The position numbers were made by a program, and so were the translations under genes. From an uncultured bacterium (lineage in GTDB: Bacteria; Electryoneota; Electryoneia; Electryoneales; Electryoneaceae), in contig CAYOKT010000002.1 of assembly GCA_964404605.1 (NCBI GenBank), positions 30,241 through 81,591 on the forward strand: a stretch of 51,351 bases of DNA. The letters run 5' to 3'. Below the pieces are notes generated by a model, which ran no database searches, had not been told where the DNA came from, and saw nothing but the letters and a program-made list of their open reading frames with translations. This document shows positions 42,601 through 50,502 of this stretch, one piece after another. Position 1 is the stretch's first letter. Each line of letters starts with the position of its first letter.

Positions 42601-43844
42601 GCCCCCGGCTTGAACCATCCGCTTCCGTCCACGGCAAGGCCATACCAGCGCGCATCCACCTCGTCGAAGGAGAGGAAGGAACGATCCCGGCTCCAGCTCA
42701 TGCCCACCCGGACATCGCGGAACGGGCCGACCGGGGTCAGCAGGCTCTCCGCCGAAGCCGTCGCCTCCGCGCGCCACCTCCCCGCCGCCGGTCGCCAGTC
42801 GAAACGGGCATTCACCTCGATCGTCCCCCGGGGAGCCAGCTTTCGTTTCAACCGGGTAAAGCGGACCAGGTGTTCGCCCAGGCGGCCCCGGGAGATGTGG
42901 GCTTTCGCGCGGAAAACCGGCGGGCCGTCGAGGGTCAGCCTGGCGGTGACATCCGTCGAATCCCCCTCGAGCAGGGTCACCCCGGCGAAGGTGACCGCCT
43001 TTTCGCTGATCCCGCCCCGCAGGTCGATGGCCTCCAACCGGGGTCCCTTGCGGATCTGAACCGCCCCCTCCCGAAGGCTCCACTCCCCCTTGGCCCGAAA
43101 ACCGGACGAATCGTACTCCAGTGCAAGAGCGAGATTCAGCAGCCCGCCGATGCCGGAGACCGGCGCCGGGTCGGGCAGAAGAAAGCCGGAAAGCTTCGTG
43201 TCTTCGAGGGCGATTTCGCTCTTCACACTCCGGCGTTTGAGGTTCGCCGTACCTTGAACCCGCAGGGTCGCGAGGCTGTCCTCGAAGAACGCCCCGTCCA
43301 TCCGGAACTCGGACTCCCCCGTGGCGGGCGAATTCAGCCAGCCGGAGAGACTCCCCAGCGCCAGCCAGACCCTTCCCTTCCTGTCCACCAGGGAAAACCG
43401 CCCGTCGCGCAGCGCCACCTGGTGAAGATTCCGGAAACGACCGGCGTCGAAGTCCGGCGCGCGCGGGACGGGGGATCTCGCCCCTCTCGCTTTCCTGCCG
43501 GGAGTCAGCCGGACCACGGGTTCGAGCAGGGTAATGTCACTGATCAGCCGCTCCGGGCCGCCCGAGAGGACGAGATTGGTGAGGGAAAAACGAAAACGAG
43601 CCTGCCGGATGGACACCCGCAGACTGGAATCTTCCGAGGTATAATGGAATCCGCTCAGCCGAATACTCGCCGGCAGGAGATCGACGCGTTCGATCGTGAT
43701 GCTCCCGGGCACATGGGTCAATTCCGCGAGGAGTCGGCTGCGCAGCACCTGGGAGCGGTTCACATAACGGAACAGCACGAGGAAGATGAAGCCAAGCGCG
43801 AGCACCCCGAGTGCGAGGGTCAGAATCCACGGTCGCCGCCGCAT
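39696..43844 (-). CDS. tamB: translocation and assembly module protein TamB (AsmA-like, DUF490 C-terminus)
   Basis: 1382-aa ORF with an N-terminal signal anchor (ILTLALGVLALGFIFLVLF), a long beta-rich body and a C-terminal block (...LEYRISAISPNFLVEGEWQYD...IRLKYAFVF). Located directly upstream of bamA. Confidence 0.8.
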   Translation of the reverse strand: MRRRPWILTLALGVLALGFIFLVLFRYVNRSQVLRSRLLAELTHVPGSITIERVDLLPASIRLSGFHYTSEDSSLRVSIRQARFRFSLTNLVLSGGPERLISDITLLEPVVRLTPGRKARGARSPVPRAPDFDAGRFRNLHQVALRDGRFSLVDRKGRVWLALGSLSGWLNSPATGESEFRMDGAFFEDSLATLRVQGTANLKRRSVKSEIALEDTKLSGFLLPDPAPVSGIGGLLNLALALEYDSSGFRAKGEWSLREGAVQIRKGPRLEAIDLRGGISEKAVTFAGVTLLEGDSTDVTARLTLDGPPVFRAKAHISRGRLGEHLVRFTRLKRKLAPRGTIEVNARFDWRPAAGRWRAEATASAESLLTPVGPFRDVRVGMSWSRDRSFLSFDEVDARWYGLAVDGSGWFKPGAKRGFSLNLHAGGDASAEDLPLWAAGVETKSADFDLSITHRKKWGWQVEAQGRARAEGDPSLAELTGYYAGKGYRLGLNLYSPRKRDASFELSSTVGHPTHFSVKEPHILAAWWNPDWAFGERLERIETSVEVDLADGSAAGAASLHDPETDFNLDISGSLLLAKAGEKFEGTYSYSLWRADEMIGNGDVDFLYREKQLEVNRFTFKDYLQLAGAFDFAGGRFEKVELVVEDLDLDDIVHRITSLPQGSVGGKINGRIDLSGPFRRPEITSHFELFDGWYGDQQAYWGLLTLETDIQHNLVIKEGSFGRSESILLRLTGEYGIPEDKLDIAIISPGTDAGILAGALTGKPNLLLGEMALSGRVTGKLLLPRWSANLRLIQAKVAGIAFDDVAVDLEGITSKRLGLVVYIRRFDMNRVGRYTLHAEGAAPLKRGAGEITTRMSGALFDLFPQINPFFRDPTGSGEVNWTFTIVAGKLAATRGSIRLNNGSLTFADVLPGLDHVMVDAEVDADGNAMIHRFDGVIGRDAPVEIRNERGDASDPGRLPILIRGIGLDLGVLKLRTKSAGGLPFRIPGVMPPNEYARLTMHGRDGGDWFLISGPPDSLLLSGRMSLSRARISYPPVATEKKKPSPFVRLLRNARWNSSLVVAQDVRFQKSIRGLENAPFFETFSGLFDQIDVDIEIEPQDPDRPLELRGRLSDNSFRLVGELVSTRGTIDFLDLQFQMQHADLVFDQTSILPVASGRAEAGVLDPETGFTRKIDLTLYVIDPTTGQRSTKGRWGEFTFVLEDPQDPTLGQEELLAALGYQQGKLNERFTSIGAEAVNRAVTRRLLRPIERDVARLLGLDIVRINPTFAQNVLRSRVSEDPTEQQQVEGTSLAARYFMASSVTVGKYINRDLFFSYTGRLGGDPRYTTLTGAEPGRVGLLQTWNLEYRISAISPNFLVEGEWQYDNVEDINNRSIRLKYAFVF

Positions 43845-43854
43845 GAGGGCCTCC

Positions 43855-44541
43855 TCACACGAGCGGCTTCAGGAAAACATCATCGGGGTCGAGAGAACGG
43901 CACACCCTGAGCGCGAGATCCTCGAACGCCCCTGAAGTGGTCCGGGTTTCATTGAGGGCACGGCCGATCTCCGGTGCGCCCAGCGGTGTCAGGCGGAGAT
44001 AGGCGCGATCGAGCCACCCGATGGCGCCGCGGCTGCCGGGGAAAAGACCGGCGATATCGAAACCGGAAACATCCTTGCGCACCCGCCCGCCGAAACGAAG
44101 GCTGCGCCCCCGGCCATCCACGATGTCCACGCCGAGGACGAGGGGACGCAGGCGAATGCCCTTCGGGCCGCAGAGCAGCCCGCCGACGGTTCCGGCGTAG
44201 TCCTCCGGCCAGCCGTCCAGGCGGAAGCCCTCCTCGTGCACGTGTTGAGCCACCGCCGATGCAGGGGCGCCCGATTCCACCTCGACGACGAGGTCCCCGG
44301 GGTCCGGGGAGGAGACACCGTCACGGGCGAGGGAGAGCACCGTGAGCACCCCTCCCGGCACCTTGAAGGAATCACCGAAGGAGTGACCCCTCCCCACCGG
44401 CAGAAGACGCCAGCCGGAGCCGCGCGCCCAGGCGACGACCCGCATCACATCCATCGTCGTCTTCGGGAGCACGGCGGGGTAGGCGGCCTCGTCCACCCAG
44501 ATATCCTGGAACTTCTCCCGGACATCCGCCAGGGTTTGCAT
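43855..44541 (-). CDS. short FAD-binding (PCMH / FAD_binding_4-like) domain protein
   Basis: Protein of about 227 aa from ATG 44541. An alternative start is GTG 44553, in GTGA overlap with the uppS stop. VLPKTTMDVMRVVAWARGSGWRLLPVGRGHSF and GTVGGLL resemble GlcE/GlcD-type FAD domains. It lacks the usual C-terminal substrate domain. Confidence 0.5.
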   Translation of the reverse strand: MQTLADVREKFQDIWVDEAAYPAVLPKTTMDVMRVVAWARGSGWRLLPVGRGHSFGDSFKVPGGVLTVLSLARDGVSSPDPGDLVVEVESGAPASAVAQHVHEEGFRLDGWPEDYAGTVGGLLCGPKGIRLRPLVLGVDIVDGRGRSLRFGGRVRKDVSGFDIAGLFPGSRGAIGWLDRAYLRLTPLGAPEIGRALNETRTTSGAFEDLALRVCRSLDPDDVFLKPLV

Positions 44542-44549
44542 GGACTCGC

Positions 44550-45305
44550 TCACGAGGGGGCCAACTGCTCGCTGATCCGGCCGAAACGGCGTTCGCGATG
44601 CTGATAATCGAGGAGGGCCGTGTAGAGCTCGGCCGTGCGGAAATCCGGCCAGAGGATGTCCGTGATGTACAACTCCGTGTAGGCGCACTGCCAGAGGAGG
44701 AAATTGCTCAGCCGGTGCTCGCCCGAAGTCCGGATGAGGAAATCGGGGTCCGGGAGGCCGGCGGTGTCCAGCGCCTCCGCGAATTCCTCCTCGCCGATGT
44801 GCCTCGAGCCCTTGTCCATCAGCCGGTTGACGGCGCGGACGATCTCGCTCCTGCCGCTGTAGGAGAGGGCCAGGTTCAGCCATAACCCGTCATTCTTCGC
44901 CAGCCGCTCGATGGCGTGCAACAGCTCCTTCCGCGGGAGGTCGGGCAGGTCCTCCATGCGCCCGATGGTGCGAAGCCGGACATTGTTCTTGTCGAGGTCC
45001 TGCACTTCCTTGCGGATCGTGGAGACGAGCAGTTGCATCAGGCCGGTGACTTCCTGCGGGGGGCGCTTCCAGTTCTCCGTGGAAAAGGTGTAGAAGGTCA
45101 TCGCCTCGATTCCGAGATCGACACCCGCCTCGACCATTTCGCGGACGGAGTTCACCCCCTCATGATGACCGAGAAGGCGCGGCAGCCCGCGCTTTTTCGC
45201 CCACCGGCCGTTGCCGTCCATGATGAAGGCGATGTGCCGCGGAAGGTTTCCCCCCGAGAGAACCGCCTCCTTCATCTTGTCAAGTTGCTTTTTCGCCATC
45301 TCCAC
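44550..45305 (-). CDS. uppS: undecaprenyl-diphosphate synthase (cis-isoprenyl transferase)
   Basis: 251-aa ORF with HIAFIMDGNGRWAK, TFYTFSTENWKRP and IRTSGEHRLSNFLLWQ blocks. Confidence 0.92.
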   Translation of the reverse strand: MEMAKKQLDKMKEAVLSGGNLPRHIAFIMDGNGRWAKKRGLPRLLGHHEGVNSVREMVEAGVDLGIEAMTFYTFSTENWKRPPQEVTGLMQLLVSTIRKEVQDLDKNNVRLRTIGRMEDLPDLPRKELLHAIERLAKNDGLWLNLALSYSGRSEIVRAVNRLMDKGSRHIGEEEFAEALDTAGLPDPDFLIRTSGEHRLSNFLLWQCAYTELYITDILWPDFRTAELYTALLDYQHRERRFGRISEQLAPS

Positions 45306-45375
45306 ATCCGTCTCAGCGAAACGGCGAAGCGGATCGTTCTCCGCTCCGCCGCCGCCGCGAAGTGAGGGAGTGAAC

Positions 45376-46461
45376 TCACGAACCGCTTTCCGCCTTCTGC
45401 AAGTTAATCAGAATCTTGTTGACTACCTGCACTTTATCCTTTTCCCCGAGGTTCTCGTAGGCGGCCCGGAGAATCAGCCAGGGGTCCATATCCGTGATGT
45501 CCGTCTCATGTACCTCGACCTCTCCCCCCGGGAAAAGGTAGGGTTCAAGCACTTCCTCCAGTGTGTCCCAATGCTGGAGCGCGAGGAGCGCCCGGGCCAC
45601 GTTCATCCGCGCTTCGACGTCATCCGGGTTGATCTCCAGCACCTTCAAGTAATCCTTCGCCGCCTCGTCGTACCGTTCCTGCCCGTGCAGCAGGATCGCC
45701 CGGTTGTAGTAGAAGTCGGCGTTGCCCGGGAACTGGGCGATGGCATCGGTCCACGCCTGGATCGAGTCGTCCACGCGGTCGAGCTGCTGGTAGGAGAGCG
45801 CCTTCTTCTGAATGGTGTCGAGACGCTTGCGGTCATCCAGCTTGTCCGATTCCATCGCGAGGATCTCATCGGCGACCCTGATGACATCCTCGTACCGCTT
45901 CTGGCGCCAGTACAACTGCATCAGGTTGAAGCGGCTGGCGACATCCGTCGTGTCGGTGTCGAGTGCGATCGTACGTTTAAGGTACTCCTCAGCCTTGTCG
46001 AAGTTCTCCAGTTCGATGTAACAGAGCCCGATCCGCTTCAGCGTCTCCGGATCATCCGGGATGACCGAGAGGGCTCCCTCGAATAGTTTGAGGGCTTCCT
46101 CGTACTTCTTCTCGTTGAACGGTTTGACGGCGGCATTGAACTGCAGCCGCCACGCCTCGAACCGCGTGATCTTGATGTCGCCGGCAAACTGGTCCGAAAG
46201 CTCGAGCGATTTGCTGAAGGCATCGTTCATCGCGGGAAATTCACGCAGATCGAAGTACACCTTGCCGAGGATGTACCACAGCTCCGGATCCTGGGGCGTG
46301 ACTTCAGTGCCCTGAAGCAACACCTCCTTTGCGTTCTCCGGATCGTTCTGCTGGAGATAGATTTTCGCCGAACGCACATACGTGCTCTGGCAACCGAGCA
46401 GCAGCGCTGCGAAAAGAATAACACTCCCGAAAATGACGAAACGGCTCCTGACGCGGATCAT
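45376..46461 (-). CDS. tetratricopeptide-repeat lipoprotein
   Basis: 361-aa protein from ATG 46461, with a GAGGGGGA RBS upstream. Signal peptide and lipobox LLLGC, with multiple TPR units. Confidence 0.7.
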   Translation of the reverse strand: MIRVRSRFVIFGSVILFAALLLGCQSTYVRSAKIYLQQNDPENAKEVLLQGTEVTPQDPELWYILGKVYFDLREFPAMNDAFSKSLELSDQFAGDIKITRFEAWRLQFNAAVKPFNEKKYEEALKLFEGALSVIPDDPETLKRIGLCYIELENFDKAEEYLKRTIALDTDTTDVASRFNLMQLYWRQKRYEDVIRVADEILAMESDKLDDRKRLDTIQKKALSYQQLDRVDDSIQAWTDAIAQFPGNADFYYNRAILLHGQERYDEAAKDYLKVLEINPDDVEARMNVARALLALQHWDTLEEVLEPYLFPGGEVEVHETDITDMDPWLILRAAYENLGEKDKVQVVNKILINLQKAESGS

Positions 46462-46530
46462 GATCCCCCTCGCGTTTGCTCGCCCTGATGGGCGCAGTCC
46501 CCCTTTCTCCCCTGATGCTGCAAGATATTG

Positions 46531-46559
46531 AATATACCGGCATCCCGAAAATGTGTCAA
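46531..46559 (-). promoter_or_regulatory. sigma70-type promoter candidate (TTGACA-17-TATATT) for the TPR-uppS-tamB-bamA transcription unit
   Basis: The minus strand reads cTTGACAcattttcgggatgccggTATATTcaa. The -35 hexamer contains the mtnA stop codon. The start of the next gene lies about 70 nt downstream. Confidence 0.45.
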
Positions 46560-47578
46560 GAGCACATTTTCCCGAAATCGTGGGGCCGCCGGTAGATTCC
46601 GTCTTCACGAACGAAAGCGTGGATCAGCCCGCCGGGCGTGATATCGAACGCGGGATTGTAAGCGGCCGACCCGACCGGGGCGATCCTGCACCCCTGGTAC
46701 TCGAGGACCTCCCCGGCCGCCCGCATTTCGACAGGGATGTCCTCACCCGTCTCCGCGCGGGGATCGAACGTGCTCGAAGGAGCGGCGATGTAAAACGGGA
46801 TGCCGAATCGCTCCGCGAGGACCGCGATCTGCAACGTCCCGACCTTGTTGGCGGTGTCGCCGTTCCTCGCGATACGGTCCGCCCCGACGATGATGAAGTC
46901 CACCCTTCTCTCCTGCATCAGCCGCCCGGCGGCGCTGTCGCAGAGGAGAGTCGCCGGAACGCCGAGCCTGCCCAACTCCCACATGGTCAGGCGCGCGCCC
47001 TGCCCGAGGGGCCGGGCCTCGCAGGCATAGATTTCCTTCAGGCGGCCGGCCTCGTGGGCCCTTCGCAGCACGCCGAGAGCCGTCCCGATGCCGCAGGTGA
47101 CCAGCGCGCCCGTGTTGCAGTGTGTCAGCGCGACAGAACCTTCCGGCACGAGCTCGAGGCCGTGACGGGCGATCGCTTCGCACATCGCGGCGTCCTCGGC
47201 GGCGATCCGTCCGGCTTCCCGTTCGACGGCGCTCTCCAGCGCCCGGCCGGACTTCCCGTCTGCCGCGGCCCGGATCCGCTCGACGGCACGACCCAGGTTG
47301 ACCGCCGTCGGGCGCGCCCCTTCGATCTCGCCCAGGGCCGCTTCCCACGCGGTTCGCTCCCCTCCCGTTTCGCGCAACGCGAGCAGCGCCGCGTACGCCC
47401 CCGCGACCCCGATCGCCGGCGCTCCGCGGATCGCGAGGCGGCGGACGGCCTCCACCACAACGCGCCACTCCCGCGTGCGGACGACCCGGTCTTCACGGGG
47501 AAGGAGAGTCTGGTCGCGGAAGGCGAGAGCACCTTCCTCCCACCAGAGACCGCGCAGGTCCGGCTCGCAAACGCTCAA
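46556..47578 (-). CDS. mtnA: S-methyl-5-thioribose-1-phosphate isomerase (eIF-2B alpha/beta/delta-like)
   Basis: 340-aa ORF with IRGAPAIGVAGAYA, LTHCNTGALVT and IIVGADRIARNGDTANKVGT blocks. Confidence 0.9.
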   Translation of the reverse strand: MSVCEPDLRGLWWEEGALAFRDQTLLPREDRVVRTREWRVVVEAVRRLAIRGAPAIGVAGAYAALLALRETGGERTAWEAALGEIEGARPTAVNLGRAVERIRAAADGKSGRALESAVEREAGRIAAEDAAMCEAIARHGLELVPEGSVALTHCNTGALVTCGIGTALGVLRRAHEAGRLKEIYACEARPLGQGARLTMWELGRLGVPATLLCDSAAGRLMQERRVDFIIVGADRIARNGDTANKVGTLQIAVLAERFGIPFYIAAPSSTFDPRAETGEDIPVEMRAAGEVLEYQGCRIAPVGSAAYNPAFDITPGGLIHAFVREDGIYRRPHDFGKMCS

Positions 47579-48492
47579 AACCTCGTCATCTCCCGGAAAT
47601 CCTCCACGCGCCGCTCGACCTCGGCCAGGGTCAGGTCACGCGTGCGCCTCAGGGAGAAATCCTCCACGAGGAAGGAGGCGACCACGGAACCATGAACGAC
47701 CGCCCTGCGCCAGGCGAGGGAGTCGTCCAGGTCCTGCGAAGCGAGATAGCCGAGGAATCCCCCGGCGAAGGTATCCCCCGCCCCCGTGGGATCGCGGACC
47801 TCGGCGACCGGGTAGGCTGGCGCGAAAAACAGGTCGCCGTCCCCCTGGATCAACACCGCGCCGTGCTGCCCCTTCTTGACGATGACCGCCCTCGGACCGC
47901 GAGCCATCAACTCTTCCGCCGCGCGGTAGATGTCGGCGCGGCCCGTGAGCTGAAGCGCCTCCTCGTCGTTGACGATGAGAACATGGCTGCGGCGGATCAC
48001 CTCCGCGAGTTCGTCCGGCGTCCCCTGGATCCAGAAATTCATCGTGTCGAGGACCACCAGCTCCGGGCCGACGAGCTGATCGAGGACCCGTAATTGCAGG
48101 CCGGGATGAATGTTCCCGAGGAACAGGACGGGGGAATCGCGGAAATGGTCCGGGATCTTCGGTTCGAAGTTCTCGAAGACCCCGAGGCTGGTGAACAGGG
48201 TGTCGCGCTTGTTGGGGTCCGCCGTGTCGTAGCGTCCGCCCCAGCGGAAGGTCTCCCCTTCCGCCACCTCCAGGCCGCTGAGGTCCACGGGGCGGTCCCG
48301 GAGAAACTCGATGTGCTCCATCGGGAAGTCGCTGCCGACCACCGCGACGAGTCTCACCGGGGCGAACAGGCTCGCCGCGGTGGAGAAGAAGAAGGAGGAC
48401 CCGCCGAGAATGTCCTCCTCGCGGCCGGCGCTCGACTCGACCGTGTCCAGGGCCGCCGAACCGACGACAAGGATCGGTTTACCGTTCATCAC
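47575..48492 (-). CDS. PfkB-family sugar/nucleoside kinase
   Basis: 305-aa ORF with N-terminal ILVVGSAALD and C-terminal DPTGAGDTFAGGFLGYL. Its stop overlaps the mtnA start (ATGA). Confidence 0.8.
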   Translation of the reverse strand: MMNGKPILVVGSAALDTVESSAGREEDILGGSSFFFSTAASLFAPVRLVAVVGSDFPMEHIEFLRDRPVDLSGLEVAEGETFRWGGRYDTADPNKRDTLFTSLGVFENFEPKIPDHFRDSPVLFLGNIHPGLQLRVLDQLVGPELVVLDTMNFWIQGTPDELAEVIRRSHVLIVNDEEALQLTGRADIYRAAEELMARGPRAVIVKKGQHGAVLIQGDGDLFFAPAYPVAEVRDPTGAGDTFAGGFLGYLASQDLDDSLAWRRAVVHGSVVASFLVEDFSLRRTRDLTLAEVERRVEDFREMTRF

Positions 48493-48495
48493 CCC

Positions 48496-50103
48496 TCACA
48501 TTCGTTCCGGCGCCTCCACGCCCAGCAGGCGCAGCCCTTCCGCGAGCACGATTTGCGACGCCTTGACCAGCGCCGCCCGCGCCGTCGAAACCTTCGCCTC
48601 CACCCCGACGACCCGGTGGGCGGTGTAGAACTTGTGGAAGGTGGCCGCCAGGTCGTGCAGGTACCCGACCAGTTTCTGCGGTTCACGCGTCTCCGCCGCC
48701 CGGGCGATCACGTCCCCGAAGCGCTCGAGGTGCTTGACCAGGGCGATCTCCTCGGCGGCTCCCAGCGGCGAAAGGTCCGCCTCCGGCGCAGGGACCGGGC
48801 ACCCCTCCTGCCGCAGGATGCCGCAGATTCTCGTGTGGGCGTACTGGACATAATAGACCGGGTTCCGTTCGCTCTGTTCCTTCGCCAGGTCGAGGTCGAA
48901 ATCGAGGGGGGTCGAGGTGCGGCGCTGGAGGAAAAAGTAGCGGGTGACATCCCGGCCGACCTCGTCCACCAGCTCCTGCAGGGTGACGAGACGGCCCGCC
49001 CGCTTGGACATCTTCACCTTCTCGCCGCCCGAGAGCAGGTTGACCTGCTGGACGATGATCACCTCGAGGAAGCCTTCGTGCCCGAGCGCCTTGAGCGCCG
49101 CCTGCATCCGGCCGACGTAGTCATGGTGATCCGGGCCGAGCAGGTCGACGGCTTCGGTGAAACCGCGTCCGGCCTTGTTCAGGTGGTAGGCGATGTCCGG
49201 CAGGAGGTAGGTCGGGCGGCCCTCGCGGGTGACGAGCACCCGGTCCTGGTCGTCGCCGAATCGTGTCCCGGCGAACCAGACCGCGCCCTCCTTCTCGTAC
49301 ACCGCATCCGCGCGGCGCAGGGCTTCGAGCACCTTTTCCGGGCCGTCCCCGCCATGCAGCTCGCTCTCCCGGAACCAGCGGTCGAAGACGACGCCGTACG
49401 CCTCCAGCACCGCCCTCTGCGCCTCGACGTTCAACGCGGCCGCGCGGCGGCCAACTTCGTCCGGGTCGGCATCGGCCGGGGGCGGTCCCTCCGGGAAGAG
49501 ACGGCGGGCGAGATCGATGATGTCCTCGCCGTGGTAACCATCCTCGGGGACCTCCTCGCCGCGCGCCCGGGCGATCACCGAGCTCCCCAGGCGGCGCACC
49601 TGCCGGCCGGCATCGTTGACATAGAACTCCGCGAAGGCATGGTAGCCCGCCTTGCGGAGCACCCGGACGAGGCTGTCCCCGATCGCGGCGGCGCGCGCGC
49701 TGACGACATTCAACGGCCCGGTGGGGTTGGCGCTGACGAACTCGACGATGACTCTCCGCCCCGCGCCGAACTCCCCGCCGCCGTACTCCGCTCCGCGGAC
49801 GAGGATCTCGCGGACGACGCCCCGGTAATGCTCCACGCCGAGCCAGAGGTTGATGAACCCCGGTCCGGCGATCTCCGCCCTCTCGATCTCCGCGGAACCC
49901 GCCCGCTTCACGACTTCCAGGATCTCCCCGGCGACGGTTCGCGGGTTCTCCTTCCGCCGGCCGGCGAAGAGCAGGGCGACGTTGGTCGAGAGATCCCCTT
50001 GGTCGGGCCGTTTCGGCACCGACCAGACGACCCCGGGGCAGTCCCCGCCGACCGCCTCGCGAATCGCGTTCGCAAGGCGATTCCTTATGTCGTTTTCAGC
50101 CAT
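48496..50103 (-). CDS. argS: arginine--tRNA ligase (HIGH signature replaced by NVVS)
   Basis: 535-aa ORF with the ArgRS N-terminal domain, VEFVSANPTGPLNVVSARAAAIGD, YVNDAGRQ, KMSKRAG and a C-terminal DALR anticodon-binding region ending ...EAPERM. Confidence 0.88.
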   Translation of the reverse strand: MAENDIRNRLANAIREAVGGDCPGVVWSVPKRPDQGDLSTNVALLFAGRRKENPRTVAGEILEVVKRAGSAEIERAEIAGPGFINLWLGVEHYRGVVREILVRGAEYGGGEFGAGRRVIVEFVSANPTGPLNVVSARAAAIGDSLVRVLRKAGYHAFAEFYVNDAGRQVRRLGSSVIARARGEEVPEDGYHGEDIIDLARRLFPEGPPPADADPDEVGRRAAALNVEAQRAVLEAYGVVFDRWFRESELHGGDGPEKVLEALRRADAVYEKEGAVWFAGTRFGDDQDRVLVTREGRPTYLLPDIAYHLNKAGRGFTEAVDLLGPDHHDYVGRMQAALKALGHEGFLEVIIVQQVNLLSGGEKVKMSKRAGRLVTLQELVDEVGRDVTRYFFLQRRTSTPLDFDLDLAKEQSERNPVYYVQYAHTRICGILRQEGCPVPAPEADLSPLGAAEEIALVKHLERFGDVIARAAETREPQKLVGYLHDLAATFHKFYTAHRVVGVEAKVSTARAALVKASQIVLAEGLRLLGVEAPERM

Positions 50104-50106
50104 GTC

Positions 50107-50502
50107 TCAGGAGGAGGAAAGGGTTGTGGGGCTCGCCTCGAGCCGCTCGACAGGCGCATCTCCCCAGAGCTTCTCGAGCTTGTAATACTCGCGCACCTGC
50201 GGCTGGAACACGTGGGCGACGACATCCCCGTAATCCAGCAGCACCCAGCGGAGATGGGTGTACCCTTCAAGATGATTCGCCCTCATCGCCTCATCGATCG
50301 AGCGCAACGATCGTTCGACGTGATCGACGATCGCTTTAAGATGCACATCCACCGTCCCGGTGGCAATGACGAAGTAATCGGCCAGCGTGGTCAGGTCGCG
50401 GAGATCGAGGATGAGAACATCTTCCGCCTGCTTGTCCGACATGAACTTCGCGATTTTACGAGCGAGCTGGAGGGAAGTCAAAGGGCAGCCTCGAAGGGTC
50501 AC
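50107..50502 (-). CDS. rsfS: ribosome silencing factor RsfS (iojap-like)
   Basis: 131-aa ORF with EDVLILDLRDLTTLADYFVIATG and WVLLDYGDVVAHVFQPQVREYYKLEKLW blocks. The GTG start overlaps the upstream stop (GTGA). Confidence 0.85.
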   Translation of the reverse strand: MTLRGCPLTSLQLARKIAKFMSDKQAEDVLILDLRDLTTLADYFVIATGTVDVHLKAIVDHVERSLRSIDEAMRANHLEGYTHLRWVLLDYGDVVAHVFQPQVREYYKLEKLWGDAPVERLEASPTTLSSS

